Shown: positions 60,661 to 64,000 of the stretch, one piece after another | Layout: each line of letters opens with the position of its first letter | Position numbering within the stretch: position 1 is the first letter of the stretch | NCBI GenBank assembly: GCA_016938175.1 | Contig: JAFGVE010000017.1 | Span: 344-64,343 of the forward strand | Source: Campylobacterales bacterium | GTDB lineage: Bacteria; Campylobacterota; Campylobacteria; Campylobacterales; Sulfurimonadaceae | Reading direction: 5' to 3' | DNA: 64,000 nt | Made by a program: the position numbers and the translations under genes | Notes under the pieces: generated by a model | What the model was told of the DNA's origin: nothing | Databases searched by the model: none | What the model saw: only the letters and a program-made list of their open reading frames with translations

Positions 60661-61218
60661 ATGTCGACACCACTCATTATACTTATTGTTGTAGTTATTG
60701 TACTTATACTTATGTACAACTCACTTGTAGGTAAGAAAAACCAAGTTGAAAATATCTTCGCAAGTGTTGATACACAACTCAAAAAACGCTATGACCTCAT
60801 ACCAAACTTAGTTGCCTCAGTAAGTAAATATATGGAGCATGAAAAATCAACTCTCGAAGAGGTGACAAAACTACGTGCAGATGCAAATAAACCAAATATA
60901 TCAGATGAGCAAAAAATTGCTTTAGATGCGAAAATAACTTCTGCTCTTGGTTCTATAATGATTGCTGTTGAAAACTATCCTGAACTCAAAGCCAACCAAA
61001 ATGTTATGCATCTCCAACACTCATTAAATGAGATTGAGGAGCAAATTTCCGCTGCAAGACGTGCTTATAACCAAGCAGTTACGGACTACAACAACGCTAT
61101 TGAAATGATTCCCACAAACTTTATGGCAACAGCTATGAATTACAAACGCAAAGCTGTTTTTGAAATCAGTGAAGGTGAGAGACAAAACGTTAATGTTAAA
61201 GAGCTTTTTAACGCATAA
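60661..61218 (+). CDS. lemA: LemA family protein
   Basis: N-terminal TM, then YNSLV..KNQVE, RYDLIPNLV, YPELKAN and ARRAYNQAV.YNN. Confidence 0.9.
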   Translation: MSTPLIILIVVVIVLILMYNSLVGKKNQVENIFASVDTQLKKRYDLIPNLVASVSKYMEHEKSTLEEVTKLRADANKPNISDEQKIALDAKITSALGSIMIAVENYPELKANQNVMHLQHSLNEIEEQISAARRAYNQAVTDYNNAIEMIPTNFMATAMNYKRKAVFEISEGERQNVNVKELFNA

Positions 61219-61223
61219 ACTCC

Positions 61224-62186
61224 ATGATAAGCAGTAGCGAACTTACAGACTTTTACTATAAAGAGCTTCATGCCACTCTACAAGAGCTTGAAAAAGAGCG
61301 TGAGGATTTAAAGTATCGTATTATCATTATAGGTGTTATTTACACCGTTATTGCACTGCTTATAGTACTTTCTGTCTTGAGCATGCAAGCCTCGCTTGAT
61401 GCTATTATTTTTATTGGATTTGCTTACTTTGGCATTGGAGGGTTTCTCTATAAACTCCTCACAAAAAATTACGCTGCAAACTTTAAAGACAAGGTCATCT
61501 CTCCTCTCATCAAAGCGATAGATAAAAATTTAAATTATGATTCACATCGACACATAGACCCTCTACACTTCAAGCGTTCAAAGCTCTTTACCTCTGAACC
61601 AGACAGAGTAAGAGGCAATGACTACGTTTATGGGCATATTGACTCCATTTCCATTCAATTTTCGGACTTTCATGCTGAAAAAAAACACAAAGACTCCAAA
61701 GGAAGAACTACTTGGAGTACTATCTTCCAAGGACTTTTTATAGTCTCTGAGTTTAACAAAAACTTTCACGGAACTACAGTAGTGCTACCTGACACAGCGC
61801 AAAGCACATTCGGAGACCTGATAGGAAACTTTTTACAGTCTAAAAATGCGATGCGACAAGAGCTTGTGAAGATGGATGATGTTGAGTTTGAAAGAGAGTT
61901 TGTAGTCTACTCTTCAGACCAAGTAGAAGCACGCTACATACTCACACATACACTGATGAAGAGACTACTCAACTACAAAAAAAGAACAGGAGAAGATGTC
62001 CTTGTCTCCTTTACAAGTAAAAACATCAACATCGCCATAGCCTATAACAAAGACCTCTTTGAGCCTTCTGTCTTTCACTCGCTTTTGAAGTACAAGGTTG
62101 CTATGGAATATGTACAAACACTCCACCTTGCAACTGGCATAGTAGAAGAGCTAAAGCTAAATAAAAAGCTTTGGAGTAAATTGTAA
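61224..62186 (+). CDS. membrane protein, DUF3137-like (family name from memory)
   Basis: 320 aa with two TM segments after a short N-terminal helix. It sits 5 nt after lemA, a commonly seen pairing. Confidence 0.6.
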   Translation: MISSSELTDFYYKELHATLQELEKEREDLKYRIIIIGVIYTVIALLIVLSVLSMQASLDAIIFIGFAYFGIGGFLYKLLTKNYAANFKDKVISPLIKAIDKNLNYDSHRHIDPLHFKRSKLFTSEPDRVRGNDYVYGHIDSISIQFSDFHAEKKHKDSKGRTTWSTIFQGLFIVSEFNKNFHGTTVVLPDTAQSTFGDLIGNFLQSKNAMRQELVKMDDVEFEREFVVYSSDQVEARYILTHTLMKRLLNYKKRTGEDVLVSFTSKNINIAIAYNKDLFEPSVFHSLLKYKVAMEYVQTLHLATGIVEELKLNKKLWSKL

Positions 62187-62197
62187 TCTAAAAAGTA

Positions 62198-62494
62198 CTA
62201 TTTACAAAACTTACATTTTTTAAGATTTTTCACTGTAGAAATGTTTCTTGAAAACTCTTTAGAGCATTTTGCACATCTAAAGCGAACTTGTTTTAGCCAT
62301 CGCCTGCCATCTTTGGATCTTTTACGATAAATGATTTCAAATCCGTTAATGACATCTCCTACGGAATATGTGCATCTTGCGGGATTATTAATATTTGATT
62401 CAAGCTCTTTGGTGTTTTGGATTTTTTTCAGCTTCCAAGATGGAAGTTCATCTTCTTCAAATTCTTCAATATCAATAGTGTATTTATCAGTCAT
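62198..62494 (-). CDS. small basic zinc-ribbon-like protein, unknown function
   Basis: 98 aa with an acidic N-terminus and a C-terminal Cys cluster (CAKCSKEF...CKFC) plus an upstream Cys. No family recognised. It lies downstream of intI on the same strand after a 230-bp gap. Confidence 0.5.
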   Translation of the reverse strand: MTDKYTIDIEEFEEDELPSWKLKKIQNTKELESNINNPARCTYSVGDVINGFEIIYRKRSKDGRRWLKQVRFRCAKCSKEFSRNISTVKNLKKCKFCK

Positions 62495-62724
62495 AATTTT
62501 TTATCAAACTCGTAGCATCATTTTTCTAATACGATGTAGAAGCATTTTAATGCTAATTTTCATATAGCTTGTTTCTTGAAACTTCAAACTGTTCTCCTTT
62601 GTTAGCATTCTCCCATAAAAAATAAAGCATCTTTATATATTTTGCAGATTGTCATAATTTGTCTTATGTTTAGAGTAGGACTAGTTATTAAATATTTTAT
62701 TGAAGATAAGTAATGCATTAACTC

Positions 62725-63687
62725 TTAAAAATCTAAAGGACTAATGACTTTAGATTTGTTCATCTCTGCAACTACATGTGTATATATCATAGTAGTTTCA
62801 ACACTTTTATGCCCTAGTAATTCCTGTATACTTCGCAAATCTATTCCTGCTTGAAGTAGATGGGTTGCATAAGAGTGTCGAAAAATGTGTGAAGTCACTC
62901 TTTTGTCTATATTTGATTTTGCAACAGCACTCTTTATGTTTCTGCTTAAAGTGGCATCTAAAATATGATGCCGTCTTTTTTCACCGCTTCTTGGATCGGT
63001 TGAAATTTTTTCCATAGGAAAAACATACTGCCATTTCGTCTCATATTTTGAACTAGGATACTTTCGTTCTAATGCATAAGGTATATACACACTTCCATAT
63101 CCATCTTCTAGATCCTTTTTATGAAGCTCTTTGACTTTTTTTACTTGGACTTTTAGTTCATCTTTTATTTTCAATGGTAGCGGTACGGTTCTGTCTTTTA
63201 AAGACTTACTATCCCATATATAAACTTTATCAAAACCAAAGTCTATATCTTTTATACGTATGTTCTGCACTTCACTCATTCTAAGTCCGCATCCGTACAT
63301 AAGATTAAGCATAAGTTGATAAATTCCTTTCATGTTAGCAATGATGTTGTGAACTTCTTCTTTAGTTAAAACTACAGGAATGTGCTTTCTCTGTTGAGCT
63401 CTAAGAGCCTGAATGTTTTGATCTTTTAAAGATATGTCTAAAACTTGCTCATATAGGAATAGAAGAGCATTAAAAGCTTGGTTCTGTGTTGTTGGACTAA
63501 CTTTTAGTTTTGTAGCTAAATGGGTTAAGAACTGTTCAATTTCCAGTTTTTCCATATCTTTAGGGTGTCTTTTGTTATGAAAAAAAATATACCTCTTAGC
63601 CCAGCCTATATAACTTTGTTCTGTTTTTATACTGTAATGTTTAAATCGTATTTTGTCTCTCATGATATCAAGTAATTTCTTTGCCAT
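62725..63687 (-). CDS. intI: integron integrase (IntI-type tyrosine recombinase)
   Basis: 320 aa colinear by eye with IntI1: [66 protein letters not shown] (R-K-H-R-H-Y catalytic set). It carries the IntI-specific insertion [20 protein letters not shown]....[21 protein letters not shown] upstream. Confidence 0.92.
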   Translation of the reverse strand: MAKKLLDIMRDKIRFKHYSIKTEQSYIGWAKRYIFFHNKRHPKDMEKLEIEQFLTHLATKLKVSPTTQNQAFNALLFLYEQVLDISLKDQNIQALRAQQRKHIPVVLTKEEVHNIIANMKGIYQLMLNLMYGCGLRMSEVQNIRIKDIDFGFDKVYIWDSKSLKDRTVPLPLKIKDELKVQVKKVKELHKKDLEDGYGSVYIPYALERKYPSSKYETKWQYVFPMEKISTDPRSGEKRRHHILDATLSRNIKSAVAKSNIDKRVTSHIFRHSYATHLLQAGIDLRSIQELLGHKSVETTMIYTHVVAEMNKSKVISPLDF

Positions 63688-63966
63688 GACTCACTCCTGA
63701 TATATTTAACATTTTGCTAAACTATTACGATTTTCGCTTGATATCTTTACTAATTGATAAGATATTACAGATATACCTTAATAGTTATACATAAAAATGA
63801 TACAAAAATCTTTAAAAAATATTAAAAATTATTGCAATTTGTCATATTTTTACATCACTTTTCCTTACTATACGAATTTAACACAACTTAATAGTATTAC
63901 ACTATAAATGATGAGATATTAAGTAGTTATATAGCTAAACTATATATAATGTAGTACTAATAAATA

Positions 63967-63999
63967 GTTGTACGTTCCCGCGGAGCGGAAACGTACAAC
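63967..63999. repeat. GC-rich inverted repeat/hairpin truncated by window end (attI/attC-related site, terminator or repeat unit; undetermined)
   Basis: GTTGTACGTT (63967-63976) is the exact reverse complement of AACGTACAAC (63990-63999). The centre CCCGCGGAGCGGA adds CCGC/GCGG pairs around a GGA loop, with one C-A mismatch. Confidence 0.85.
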
Positions 64000-64000
64000 G

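Larger units (their letters stand above)
62725..64000. mobile_element. integron platform: intI plus divergent AT-rich attI-candidate region; cassette array (if any) beyond the window
   Basis: intI is on the minus strand. The 313-bp non-coding region upstream of it contains four same-orientation TAGTWRTAY boxes and ends in a GC-rich palindrome at the window edge. Confidence 0.55.

Noticed and set aside
62198-62494. Zinc-ribbon-like ORF as a cassette of a reverse-oriented integron (array on the 3' side of intI)
   Set aside because: Only 11 nt separate its stop from the neighbouring core gene, so there is no room for an attC site. No palindromic attC-like element is seen in 62495-62724.
62519-62578. 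19-aa minus-strand micro-ORF (MKISIKMLLHRIRKMMLRV) in the spacer downstream of intI
   Set aside because: The nearest SD-like AAGGAG is about 30 nt from the ATG, and nothing else supports it as coding.
63967-64000. CRISPR array starting after an AT-rich leader
   Set aside because: Only a single repeat-like unit is visible, no cas genes are in the window, and the neighbouring gene is an integron integrase. It cannot be called from one copy, so it is kept as an alternative in the findings.

Overview
AT-rich chromosomal segment with about 70 tightly packed CDSs. Gene content and order look like Campylobacterota (Epsilonproteobacteria): cvpA-fur-lysS, glyA followed by a DUF1882-type gene and a SPOR gene, ppiD-ftsA-ftsZ, class II DAHP synthase, pldA, rny, fliL. 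A Sulfurimonas-like organism is a guess that cannot be verified here. About 60 kb is ordinary housekeeping DNA covering translation, cell division, amino-acid and cofactor synthesis, ATP synthase subunit a, repair genes recR/radA/mutS2, and transporters. I found no rRNA, tRNA, IS/transposase or phage genes, and no CRISPR array that can be called.

The most unusual part is the right-hand end. A full-length integron-type tyrosine recombinase (IntI, 62725-63687, minus strand) carries the IntI-specific insertion. It is followed by a 313-bp AT-rich non-coding region with four same-orientation TAGTWRTAY boxes. A GC-rich perfect palindrome (63967-63999) is cut by the window edge. This looks like an integron platform (intI plus attI) whose cassette array, if present, lies beyond position 64000, so the cargo cannot be evaluated from this window.

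Secondary points of interest:
- a 393-nt structured leader upstream of metE (riboswitch candidate, class unproven)
- a five-gene translationally coupled operon: NosL-like, small protein, FtsX-type permease, ABC ATPase, Cys-motif membrane protein
- a CPA1 antiporter fused to a degenerate GGDEF domain that keeps its RxxD site
- a kinase-like hybrid sensor whose phospho-His positions look substituted
- two small ORFs missed by the ORF track

All family calls come from reading the translations by eye. No database search was possible.
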